Part shown: piece by piece, positions 31,527 to 40,037 of the stretch
Numbering within the stretch: position 1 is the first letter of the stretch
Layout of the letters: the number at the start of each line of letters is the position of its first letter
Source: Terracidiphilus sp.
Lineage (GTDB): Bacteria > Acidobacteriota > Terriglobia > Terriglobales > Acidobacteriaceae
DNA length: 45,784 nt
NCBI GenBank assembly: GCA_049521195.1
Contig: JBEKPA010000001.1
Span: 1-45,784 of the forward strand
Reading direction: 5' to 3'
Position numbers and translations under genes: made by a program
The notes under the pieces: generated by a model
The model's input: the letters and a program-made list of their open reading frames with translations, nothing else
Told to the model about the DNA's origin: nothing
Database searches by the model: none

Positions 31527-31898
31527 TCAGGGCTTGCGGCGCAGCCATCCGGCCAGCAGCGCCGAGGCCAGCAGCGCCGCGCTGAAGAAGGCGATCAGCA
31601 CACTGAACTGGCTCATGGGGCAAATCAGGTGCTCCTCTTCAATCAAGGTATCGGCAATCCACCAGACCACCGGAGCGAGCACCAGCAGGAGCACCAATAT
31701 GGCCGCCAGCGCTACGCAGCGGACGCGCTTGCGCCCTGCCTTCTGTTCCCGCATCACGCCCAGCGAAGCGCTGACCACACGGCGGGTGCGACTGGCCACG
31801 ACGCATTCCCGGTCGGCCTGGCTTCCGGCAAGCGCCGACAGCAGATTCGGGTCGGCGCCCGAGCCGGCCTGGCCCTCGGCCAACCCAGCGGTCTTCAC
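31527..31898 (-). CDS. small 2-TM protein, candidate anti-sigma factor
   Basis: GTGA overlap with the ECF stop codon; soluble N-terminus plus two hydrophobic helices. Confidence 0.65.
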   Translation of the reverse strand: MKTAGLAEGQAGSGADPNLLSALAGSQADRECVVASRTRRVVSASLGVMREQKAGRKRVRCVALAAILVLLLVLAPVVWWIADTLIEEEHLICPMSQFSVLIAFFSAALLASALLAGWLRRKP

Positions 31899-32548
31899 AC
31901 CGCACCCTGAAAGCGCTGAAAGGCGCGCTCCAGCTTGGGCTTGATGGCGGCAAGGCCCCGGTAAAGTCTTGATTTTACGGTGGAAAGAGGTGCACGCGTG
32001 ACCTTGGCGATCTCTTCCAGCGACAACTCCTCGTGGAAGCGGAGCACCAGCACCTCGCGATGAAGCGTATCCAACTGGAGCAGCGCCGCCGCAATCCGTT
32101 CCCGGTCTTCGAGGTTGGAAAATCGGTCCGCGGGCGTCGGCGCGCCGTCGGCAACCTCGAAGCTCATCGGCCGGTCGTCGTCGCTTCCGCCCTCAAAGAG
32201 CTCGTCCAGGCTGGACATGGTGCGCTTGCGCCGCAGGTCGATCACCAGGTTGCGGGCGATGGTGAACAGCCAGGTATCGAATCTCGCCTGGCCGTTGAAC
32301 TGTGAGCCGCGCACCAGCACCCGCATCCAGACCTCCTGGAAGAGATCTTCGGCCAAATCGCGGTTGCCGGTCAGGTAGAGCAGATAGCGCATCAGCCGGT
32401 GCTGGTAGCGGACGATCAGCTCGTCCAGCAGCCCGGCTTCCTGGCGCTTGAGCCCGGCGGATATGGCAAGGCTCTCCTGCCGCGCCTGATCCTGAACAGC
32501 GGCGAGACCCTGACCCAAAAAAGGGCGAACGGAGGCGGCTGCATTCAT
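31895..32548 (-). CDS. ECF RNA polymerase sigma factor
   Basis: [26 protein letters not shown]...[10 protein letters not shown]. Confidence 0.92.
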   Translation of the reverse strand: MNAAASVRPFLGQGLAAVQDQARQESLAISAGLKRQEAGLLDELIVRYQHRLMRYLLYLTGNRDLAEDLFQEVWMRVLVRGSQFNGQARFDTWLFTIARNLVIDLRRKRTMSSLDELFEGGSDDDRPMSFEVADGAPTPADRFSNLEDRERIAAALLQLDTLHREVLVLRFHEELSLEEIAKVTRAPLSTVKSRLYRGLAAIKPKLERAFQRFQGAV

Positions 32549-32660
32549 CTCGTTTATTTAGACGGCGGGACGGGCCGCGAAGTTACCGAAAAGTGGATTG
32601 TGCGGGACGATCCCTGATGACGGCGGCGATCATGAGGCAAACGAGCGGCTTAAGGAATGC

Positions 32661-33350
32661 TCAATCGACAGCGCCGGAGGCTTTCCCGGCCACTCGCAAA
32701 GCCTCTTCAACGGCCTTGGCTGCGCGGCGCTCGCGGGCTTCGACGCTCTGGTAGCCAAATATCCCCAGCAGATGATTGCGCCGCTGCGCCGGCGTCATGG
32801 CTTCCCATCCCTTGCGCGCCAGCGGCTGGCGCAGAAAGGCCGCATGAAGAATGGGCGGCAACTCGGTCTCTCCCTCCAGGGTGAGCAGCAGGCGCTCGGC
32901 CATCCTTTCGGCGCGCTGCTTGCGGCTGGCGGCGCTCTTCGGCTCGCTGACCCAGGCGCCAATCTCCTTGCGATTGGAGTAGCTCAGGCCGTCGAACCAT
33001 TTGCGCAGCCGGCGGTCGCCTTTGAGCGCCTTGACCAGCTCCGGCGGGACGGTTGCGGCGCGTTCTTCCAGGTCCGGCTCCAGCCGGATGCGCACATGCG
33101 ACCCGGCCTTCGCCCTTGCTGCCGCCTGCATCTTCTTGTTGACCAGCAGAAAGTACCCTCCGCCGGGCGCGCTGGCGAACAGCGAGGTGCGAAAGGCAAA
33201 CCCCTCGATCTCTCCGCGGACCCGCATGCCGCGGCGCACCGGCCACGCCTTGGCCGCATTGAAGGGAATCCGCGCAACCACCCAGCCGAGGCCCGTCCGA
33301 AGCGGCTCCAGCACGGCGGTAAAGGACTTGATAGTGGACGAGCTCATCAT
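32661..33350 (-). CDS. DUF1905 plus YdeI/OmdA-associated domain protein
   Basis: RVRGEIEGFAFRTSLF, then two OmdA-like repeats (FDGLSYSNRKE; WEAMTPAQRRN). Confidence 0.8.
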   Translation of the reverse strand: MMSSSTIKSFTAVLEPLRTGLGWVVARIPFNAAKAWPVRRGMRVRGEIEGFAFRTSLFASAPGGGYFLLVNKKMQAAARAKAGSHVRIRLEPDLEERAATVPPELVKALKGDRRLRKWFDGLSYSNRKEIGAWVSEPKSAASRKQRAERMAERLLLTLEGETELPPILHAAFLRQPLARKGWEAMTPAQRRNHLLGIFGYQSVEARERRAAKAVEEALRVAGKASGAVD

Positions 33351-33358
33351 TTCCCCTC

Positions 33359-33586
33359 GAGCCTCTTGCAAAATTGCCTTCAGGTTATAGATTGTGTCAG
33401 GGCACGATTTCAGTCGTGCCGCAAATGTCCAACGTAGATTCCGGCTTTAGCCGGCGGGGGAATTGCAAATGACTGAAAACAAAACCGCAGGGGCTAAAGC
33501 CCAGGATGATTTTGTGGCTCTTCCGGCACGACTGAAGTCGTGCCCTGACACCTCTTGCAGTTTCAATGAAATCTTGCAAGAGGCTC
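33359..33586. mobile_element. MITE/REPIN-like unit
   Basis: Perfect 13-bp TIRs GAGCCTCTTGCAA/TTGCAAGAGGCTC enclosing an inverted REP pair (33394..33421 and 33524..33551). Confidence 0.65.
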
Positions 33587-33591
33587 CCTCT

Positions 33592-34848
33592 TCATAACTT
33601 GTCGCGCAGGAAACTGATGACGTGGTCGGCCTGAACCACGCCCACCATGCGGCCCTGGAGGTCCACAACCGGCAGCTCGTGCAGGTTGTACTTGTCGAAG
33701 AGTTCGGCCAGTTCGTCCTGGCGCAGATCGGCCGGGCAGGAGAGCACGCGGGGCTCGGCCAGCACGGCCAGCCGCGTCTCCGGCAGCGCCATCACCAGCC
33801 GCGCCAGGGAGACGGCGCCGAGCAGCGCCCGCCTTTCGTCCAGCAGGTAGACCGCGGTCACGCTCTCCGGGTCGCCGTCGAAGCCGCGCAATGCCTGCAC
33901 CGCCTGAGCCACCGTGGAGTCCTTGTCCAGGGAGACGAAGTCGGTGGTCATGCAGCCGGCGGCCGAGTTCTCGTCGAACTCGAGCAGCTCTTCGACTTCC
34001 TGCCGCTCTTCCGGTTCCATCTCCTCGAGGATGGCGTCGGACTGCTCTTCGGAAAGCTCTCCAAGCAGATCGGCGGCCGCGCCGGGGTCCATCTCCTCGA
34101 CGATATCGGCGATCCGCTCCTCGCCCAGCTTCTCCAGCAGGGCCTTTTGCATCTTGGGTTCCACTTCCTCGAGAGCCTCGGCGGCCACCTCTTCGTCGAG
34201 CGAGGTAAAGACGGCCTCCCGCTCGGCGGGGGCCAGGTCTTCCAGAATCTCGGCCAGGTCGGAGGGATGCATCTCGGCCAGCCGCGCGTACTCGATGCGC
34301 AGCTTTACCCGCCGCGCCGGATCGACTTCGATCACGTCGACAAACTGCCAGGGAATGCCGCTGGCCCCGAATTTGCGCGAGATCGTCTCCAGGGTGGCGC
34401 GCGGCAGCAGCCCTTTGAAGACCCTGCGAAAGGCTCCGCGCAGGCCTACCTCGACCTCGGCTACGCGCAAAAGGTGGGCCGCGCCGCGCCCCAGCCACTC
34501 CAGGTCCACATCGTTCACGCGGACCACCTTGCGGCCGTGAATATCGATGATCTGGCGGTCCACCAGGTCCTGCTGCAGGTAGAGGTAGTTGCCCTCATCC
34601 TTCAGCGGAACCAAGGCTCCGGAGGAGCGCAACTCTAGCGTGCCTGCGGGCGTCTCCATCACGTCCTGCGAGGGCACAATGCACAGGCCGGCGCGGGTCT
34701 TGAGCACCAGCCCGGCCACCTTGCCCGCATCCGGGCCGGTAGCCACGGCAATATCCTTGAGGCGCCCGCGCAAATGCCCCTGCGAATCGGTCACCGGAGT
34801 GCCGAGCAGCGCGGTCAGGCTGACGCGGGCTGTGGTGCGGGGCTGCAT
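33592..34848 (-). CDS. PRC-barrel + MgtE N-terminal + CBS-pair protein (no membrane domain)
   Basis: DRQIIDIHGRKVVRVND, MHPSDLAEILEDL, AAGCMTTDF, KYNLHELPVVD; TACACT 6 nt before ATG. Confidence 0.85.
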   Translation of the reverse strand: MQPRTTARVSLTALLGTPVTDSQGHLRGRLKDIAVATGPDAGKVAGLVLKTRAGLCIVPSQDVMETPAGTLELRSSGALVPLKDEGNYLYLQQDLVDRQIIDIHGRKVVRVNDVDLEWLGRGAAHLLRVAEVEVGLRGAFRRVFKGLLPRATLETISRKFGASGIPWQFVDVIEVDPARRVKLRIEYARLAEMHPSDLAEILEDLAPAEREAVFTSLDEEVAAEALEEVEPKMQKALLEKLGEERIADIVEEMDPGAAADLLGELSEEQSDAILEEMEPEERQEVEELLEFDENSAAGCMTTDFVSLDKDSTVAQAVQALRGFDGDPESVTAVYLLDERRALLGAVSLARLVMALPETRLAVLAEPRVLSCPADLRQDELAELFDKYNLHELPVVDLQGRMVGVVQADHVISFLRDKL

Positions 34849-35000
34849 GAGCAAAGTGTATTCCCTTGAGGCGGGTTTGGGGCTGTGGATGCGTCCGGCT
34901 TAATAACTGCTCCGTGCGCGGAAGCGGGAGAAGCCCATGCTGCGCTCCAATACCGCGCACCAATCTTTGCCCCCCCGCTTGACACAATTCCGCGCCAGCC

Positions 35001-35513
35001 ATGAAACTGCCAGCTAGGTTGCTGAGGCGCGGAGGGGCGCATGTGCCCCGGTCCGTTCCGGAAGAGGCGGATTCAATCCCGGTGAGCGCACCCAAGACCA
35101 GGCTGAGTTTTTCGCTGGCTTCCACCATGGAGAGCGTCGATGCGGTGGAGGCGGCGGCGGAGAAGCTGGCCGTCGAGGCCGGCCTGGACGAGGACGAGCG
35201 TTTTCACATAACCATGGCGGTGCGCGAGGCCGCCGTGAACGCCGTCCTGCACGGCAACGAATACGACCCCGCCAAGCGCGTCTCCGTCAGCATGGAAAAC
35301 ACCGGCAAGGCGCTCGTGTTTACCATCGCGGACCAGGGCAAGGGCCTCGATCCGGAGACGCTGCCCGACCCCCTGGCGCCGGAAAACCTCTTGCGCGGCA
35401 CCGGCCGCGGCATCTTCCTCATCCGATCCTTCATGGATGAGGTACACTTTCGACAACTGCATCCCGGAACCGAGTTGACACTGGTCAAGTATCTGGCGCC
35501 GGCAAACGGTTAG
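35001..35513 (+). CDS. RsbW-like anti-sigma factor kinase (HATPase)
   Basis: AVREAAVNAVLHGN, IADQGKG, GRGIFLIRSFMD; true start may be GTG 35082. Confidence 0.88.
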   Translation: MKLPARLLRRGGAHVPRSVPEEADSIPVSAPKTRLSFSLASTMESVDAVEAAAEKLAVEAGLDEDERFHITMAVREAAVNAVLHGNEYDPAKRVSVSMENTGKALVFTIADQGKGLDPETLPDPLAPENLLRGTGRGIFLIRSFMDEVHFRQLHPGTELTLVKYLAPANG

Positions 35514-35674
35514 ACTCAAGCGCGGTTCGAGTGCGGACCATCGGCGGCCGACAGGGGGAATCTCTCTCCGCCGGTGTCACCGGCAGGTTGGGACGTTCCC
35601 GCGGTCTGGAACCGCAAAGGTAATATGATGTAGTATCAACAAAGAAATCGTGGCATCGACAAGGAGGAATTTCC

Positions 35675-36019
35675 GTGGCACTAACTATAGCTTCCCGTGA
35701 AGTGGGCGGCGTCGCCGTTCTGGATCTGAGCGGGCGGATTACCCTGGGCGAGGGCAGCGTGCAGATTCGCGATGCCATCCGCGATCTGCTCGGCAAAGGC
35801 CAGAAGAGCATCCTGCTCGACCTGGGTGAAGTGAACTACATCGATAGCTCGGGGTTGGGCGAACTGGTGAGCGCCTACACATCGGCCCGCAACCAGGGCG
35901 CAGGGCTCAAGCTGCTCAAGCTCACCAAGAAGGTCCACGACCTGCTGCAGTTGACCAAGCTCTACACTGTCTTCGACATCTACGACGACGAGGCAGTCGC
36001 CATCGCCTCCTTCCGGTAA
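35675..36019 (+). CDS. STAS-domain anti-sigma factor antagonist (RsbV-like)
   Basis: VNYIDSSGLGELV with the phosphorylatable Ser; AGGAGG RBS, GTG start. Confidence 0.92.
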   Translation: MALTIASREVGGVAVLDLSGRITLGEGSVQIRDAIRDLLGKGQKSILLDLGEVNYIDSSGLGELVSAYTSARNQGAGLKLLKLTKKVHDLLQLTKLYTVFDIYDDEAVAIASFR

Positions 36020-36055
36020 TCGGTCCCGGTAGCGCCCTGACCTTAACGGTTCAAG

Positions 36056-36086
36056 AAGGCCATCCCACGCTCCGGGATGGCCTTTT
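36056..36086 (+). terminator. intrinsic terminator, possibly bidirectional
   Basis: AAGGCCATCCC/GGGATGGCCTT 11-bp stem ending in TTTT, between convergent genes. Confidence 0.75.
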
Positions 36087-36122
36087 CGCGCGCATCCGCC
36101 GCGCCGGCAAGGTGGCTCGACC

Positions 36123-36701
36123 TCAGAACTTGACCGACGGCGCCGTCCGCGCACTTTCGCTGGCTGTGAAGTAGGCGGTGTTTTCCTTGAAGCCGGCCAT
36201 GGCCGCCCAAATGTTATTGGGGAACTGAAGTATGAAAGTGTTGTAGTCCTGGATCGCGTCGTTATAGCGCTTCCGGGCCACGCTGATGCGGTTCTCCGTC
36301 CCCGCAAGCTCATCCTGCAAGCGCATGAACTGATCGCTCGAGCGCAGCTGCGGATAATTCTCAGTGAGCAGAAGCAGGCGGCCCAACGCGGAATCGAGTT
36401 GCCCGTTGGCTGCGATCTTGGCTTGCGGCCCCTGCGCATTCAACATGCTGGCTCGCGCATTGGCAATATCGCCAAATACCGTGCTCTCCTCCTTGGTAAA
36501 GCCCTTGACGGTCTCCACCAAGTTGGGAATCAGGTCGGCTCGCCGCTCAAGCTGCACATCCACCTCAGACCACTTGCTCTTGACGGTCTGATCCAGAGCC
36601 ACCATCTGGTTCCTGGCGCTCACATAGCTGCCAAAGCCCATCAGCAATGCCAAAACCAGAACGCCCACAATGCCCAGCGCAATCCACAGTCCACGACTCA
36701 T
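36123..36701 (-). CDS. lemA: LemA family protein
   Basis: RRADLIPNLVETVKG, ENYPQLRS, GTENRISVARKRYN. Confidence 0.93.
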   Translation of the reverse strand: MSRGLWIALGIVGVLVLALLMGFGSYVSARNQMVALDQTVKSKWSEVDVQLERRADLIPNLVETVKGFTKEESTVFGDIANARASMLNAQGPQAKIAANGQLDSALGRLLLLTENYPQLRSSDQFMRLQDELAGTENRISVARKRYNDAIQDYNTFILQFPNNIWAAMAGFKENTAYFTASESARTAPSVKF

Positions 36702-36760
36702 ACAGTGCCTTTCTCCTCCGGCCTCCGTTCAGGAAGGCCGCGTTTGAAAACTTGAATGAA

Positions 36761-37582
36761 CTACCAGCTTCCACCGGCGCCGCCGCCGCCAAAGCTGCCA
36801 CCGCCAAATCCGCCAAATCCGCCTCCGGAATCTCCCCCTCCGCCGCCAAATCCGCCACCGCCAAACCCACCGACCCCGCCACCCCACCCGCCGCCGATCC
36901 AGGGACCTCGTCCCCAGCCGCCAAGGAGGCCAAAACTCAGCAGAAGCCGCAGAATGAAGAAGCCGCCAAAGAAGATCAGCAGGACGAAGAAGAGAATTGT
37001 ATTGCCCACTGTTGATCCATGACTCGCCGGTTGCGCCGCCGCCACCGGCTGGTCGTCCAGGGTCACCTTGGCGTCGGCGGCGATCACCTGCGCCACCTCG
37101 TCCACGGCCAGGGTCACGGCGCCGTCAAAGTCGTTCGCCCTCAGATCGGGGACCATCTCGCGGCCGATATCGCCCAGCTTGCCATCGGGTAGAATTCCTT
37201 CCAGCCCATAGCCCACATCGATCCAGCGCTTGTGGTCGTCAACGGCCAGCAGAACCAGCACGCCGCGGTCCGAGCCCTTGCGCCCCATCTTCCACTTGTC
37301 TTCAAGCTCATTGGTGAAGGCGGGCGTATCTTCGCCGCCCAGGGTGTGGATGGTCACCACGGCGATCTGCGCATTGGTCTGGGAGTGGTCCAGTTGCCCG
37401 CAGACGCGATCCAGCCGCGCAATGGCCTCGGGCGACAGCACATGGGCATAGTCGCTGACGTAATCGGTGGGCTGGGGCAGATCCTCCACCCGCTCGGCCC
37501 AAGCGGCCGTGGCGGAATAGCCCAACGCGGCGGCCAGCAGCAGCCGGAAAACGAGCAAAGATGCGCGGCGAATGCCCTTCAT
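36761..37582 (-). CDS. TPM domain protein with Gly-rich tail
   Basis: YVSDYAHVLS, IDVGYGLEGILPD, FGGGGAGGSW terminus; common lemA neighbour. Confidence 0.9.
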   Translation of the reverse strand: MKGIRRASLLVFRLLLAAALGYSATAAWAERVEDLPQPTDYVSDYAHVLSPEAIARLDRVCGQLDHSQTNAQIAVVTIHTLGGEDTPAFTNELEDKWKMGRKGSDRGVLVLLAVDDHKRWIDVGYGLEGILPDGKLGDIGREMVPDLRANDFDGAVTLAVDEVAQVIAADAKVTLDDQPVAAAQPASHGSTVGNTILFFVLLIFFGGFFILRLLLSFGLLGGWGRGPWIGGGWGGGVGGFGGGGFGGGGGDSGGGFGGFGGGSFGGGGAGGSW

Positions 37583-37634
37583 CGCTTTCTATTTTACGCG
37601 GATGGCGGCGGAAGGTTCCCGCGTCACGAGTCTG

Positions 37635-37755
37635 AGCTTCTAGCTGCTAGCTTCTAGCCTCTAGCCTTCCGTGTTTGAACTCGCTTCTCCAGGTCACCGC
37701 CAATCCCCGTCCCGGCAAGCAGCGGCTAGCAGCTAGAAGCTAAAGGCTGGAAGCT
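37635..37755. repeat. inverted pair of 7-bp tandem arrays
   Basis: AGCTTCT-like units x4 at 37635..37662 and AGAAGCT-like units x5 at 37721..37755. Confidence 0.75.
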
Positions 37756-37780
37756 GCCTTTGCACTACACTGGGAAGGAA

Positions 37781-39982
37781 ATGACTCAGACCGCCCTTCC
37801 GCCCGCCCCCATCGCCCGCAAGCACCATACTGAGACCCGGCTGCACGGCATGGTCCTCAGCGACGACTACGCCTGGCTGCGCGACAAGGAAGACCCCGAG
37901 GTCAGCGCGTATCTCGAGGCCGAAAACGCCTACGCCGAGGCCTTCATGGCCCCGCTGGCCGGCCTGCGCGAAGACCTTTACCGGGAGATGCTTTCGCACG
38001 TCAAGCAGACCGACGTTTCGGTTCCCTTCCTGGACCGCGGCTGGTGGTACTACACGCGCACCGAAGAGGGCCGCCAATACGCCATCCATTGCCGCAGGCG
38101 GGACGATCCCGGCGCGCCGGAAGCCTCAAAGATGCTGGGTGCCCCATCCTTTCCGCTTCTTTCCGCGGAAAGGGTGGGAAGCGACGAACCTCAACCGGCC
38201 GCCGGCGCGCCGGAAGAGGTGCTCCTCGACGGCAACCAGCTTGCCGAAGGCCACGCCTACTTCTCGATCGGCGCCACCGATATTACGGACGATGGCCGCT
38301 GGCTGGCCTACTCGACCGACACGAAGGGCTTTCGCCAGTACACGCTGCGCATCAAGGATCTGCTGACCGGCGAAACCCTCCACTTTGAAGTGGAGCGCGC
38401 CGGCTCGGCGGTCTGGGCCGCGGACAATCGGACCCTGTTCTACACCGTTGAGGACGAGGAGCAGAAGCGCCAGTTCCAGCTTTGGCGCCATGCCCGCGGC
38501 ATGCAGGCTTCGGAAGATGCATTGGTTCTTCAGGAGGACGACGAACGCTTCAACCTGGGCGCGGGCCGCACCCGCGACGGAAAGTTTCTGGTGGTCGAAT
38601 CGGCCAGCCACACCACCACCGAATCCCGCGTGCTGGCGGCGGACGATCCCCTGGGCGCATTCACTCTCATCAGCGCCCGCCAGGACGAGCACGAGTACTC
38701 CATCGACCACCGCAACGGCCTGTGGTTCATCCGCACCAACGATGGGGGGCGCAACTTCCGCCTGGTGACGGCACCGGTGGCCACGCCGGACCGCGAACAC
38801 TGGACCGAGGTCATTCCCCACCGCGACAGCGTGATGCTGGAAGACGTGGACCTCTTCGCAGGCTTCTTCGTGGCCTGCGAGCGCGAAGACGGCCTGCCGC
38901 GGCTGCGCATCTGGCGCTTTGCGGGCGACGGGGCAGAAGCCGCTCCCGGCGGCGAGATCGCCTTTCCCGAGCCGGCCTACGACGCCCATCCGCACGTCAA
39001 CCGCGTCTTTGAGACGGCAGCCTTCCGCTACGCCTACCAGTCGCTGGTCACGCCCGCCTCGGTCTACGAGTACGACCTGGCCACCGGCGCATCCACGCTG
39101 CTCAAGCAGCTTGAGATTCCCGGCGGCTTCGACCGCGCACTCTACGCCAGCGAGCGTGTCCATGCCACCGCCGCGGACGGCGCGCAGGTTCCCGTCTCGC
39201 TGGTCTACCGCAAGGACAAGCGTGTAGCGCCGGTCTCTGAACCGGCTGTAGTGGGGGCCTCCAGGCCCCCACAAAACCCCCTGTACGTCTACGGCTACGG
39301 CGCCTATGGCTACGCGCTGCCCATCGGATTCAGTGGGAACCGACTCAGCCTGCTCGATCGCGGCGTGGTCATGGCTTATGCCCACATCCGCGGCGGAGGC
39401 GACCTGGGCAAGCCCTGGCACGACGCCGGTAAGATGCTGGTCAAGAGAAACACCTTCACGGACTTCATCGCCGCCGTCGAGTACCTTGTTGGAGCGGGCT
39501 ACGGCGACCCGGCGCGCGTGGCCATCGAGGGCGGGTCGGCTGGGGGTCTGCTGACGGGCGTGGTCGCCAACCTGCGCCCCGATCTCTTCCGCGCCGTCGT
39601 CTCCCACGTGCCATTTGTCGACGTGATGAACACAATGCTCGACGCCACGCTCCCGCTCACCGTGCCCGAGTACGAGGAGTGGGGCAATCCCAACGAATCT
39701 GCTTATTTTTTCTATATGCTGAGTTACTCGCCCTATGACAATCTGAAGGCGGGGAGTTACCCGGCCATGCTGGTGAAGACATCGCTCCACGACAGCCAGG
39801 TGATGTACTGGGAGCCGGCCAAGTATGTAGCCAGGCTCCGCACCCTCAAGACGGATAACAATCCGCTGCTGCTGGTAACTAACATGCAGGCCGGCCACGG
39901 CGGCTCAAGCGGCCGCTATGACTACCTGAAGGAGATCGCCTTCGACTACGCGTTCCTGCTGCGGGAGTTGGGGCTGGTTTGA
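37781..39982 (+). CDS. ptrB: oligopeptidase B (S9A serine peptidase)
   Basis: DDYAWLRD, HIRGGG, GGSAGG, VPFVDVMNTMLD, HDSQVMYWEPAK, AGHGG. Confidence 0.9.
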   Translation: MTQTALPPAPIARKHHTETRLHGMVLSDDYAWLRDKEDPEVSAYLEAENAYAEAFMAPLAGLREDLYREMLSHVKQTDVSVPFLDRGWWYYTRTEEGRQYAIHCRRRDDPGAPEASKMLGAPSFPLLSAERVGSDEPQPAAGAPEEVLLDGNQLAEGHAYFSIGATDITDDGRWLAYSTDTKGFRQYTLRIKDLLTGETLHFEVERAGSAVWAADNRTLFYTVEDEEQKRQFQLWRHARGMQASEDALVLQEDDERFNLGAGRTRDGKFLVVESASHTTTESRVLAADDPLGAFTLISARQDEHEYSIDHRNGLWFIRTNDGGRNFRLVTAPVATPDREHWTEVIPHRDSVMLEDVDLFAGFFVACEREDGLPRLRIWRFAGDGAEAAPGGEIAFPEPAYDAHPHVNRVFETAAFRYAYQSLVTPASVYEYDLATGASTLLKQLEIPGGFDRALYASERVHATAADGAQVPVSLVYRKDKRVAPVSEPAVVGASRPPQNPLYVYGYGAYGYALPIGFSGNRLSLLDRGVVMAYAHIRGGGDLGKPWHDAGKMLVKRNTFTDFIAAVEYLVGAGYGDPARVAIEGGSAGGLLTGVVANLRPDLFRAVVSHVPFVDVMNTMLDATLPLTVPEYEEWGNPNESAYFFYMLSYSPYDNLKAGSYPAMLVKTSLHDSQVMYWEPAKYVARLRTLKTDNNPLLLVTNMQAGHGGSSGRYDYLKEIAFDYAFLLRELGLV

Positions 39983-40037
39983 TGAGCGAAGACCGAAAGC
40001 ACGAAGGCGGTTACAGACTGCGGATGGGGAAGCACGC

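Noticed and set aside
35520-35600. tRNA (GGTTCGA motif)
   Set aside because: No cloverleaf or acceptor stem around the motif
36756-37022. Pro-rich plus-strand ORF
   Set aside because: Antisense of the Gly-rich tail of the TPM protein
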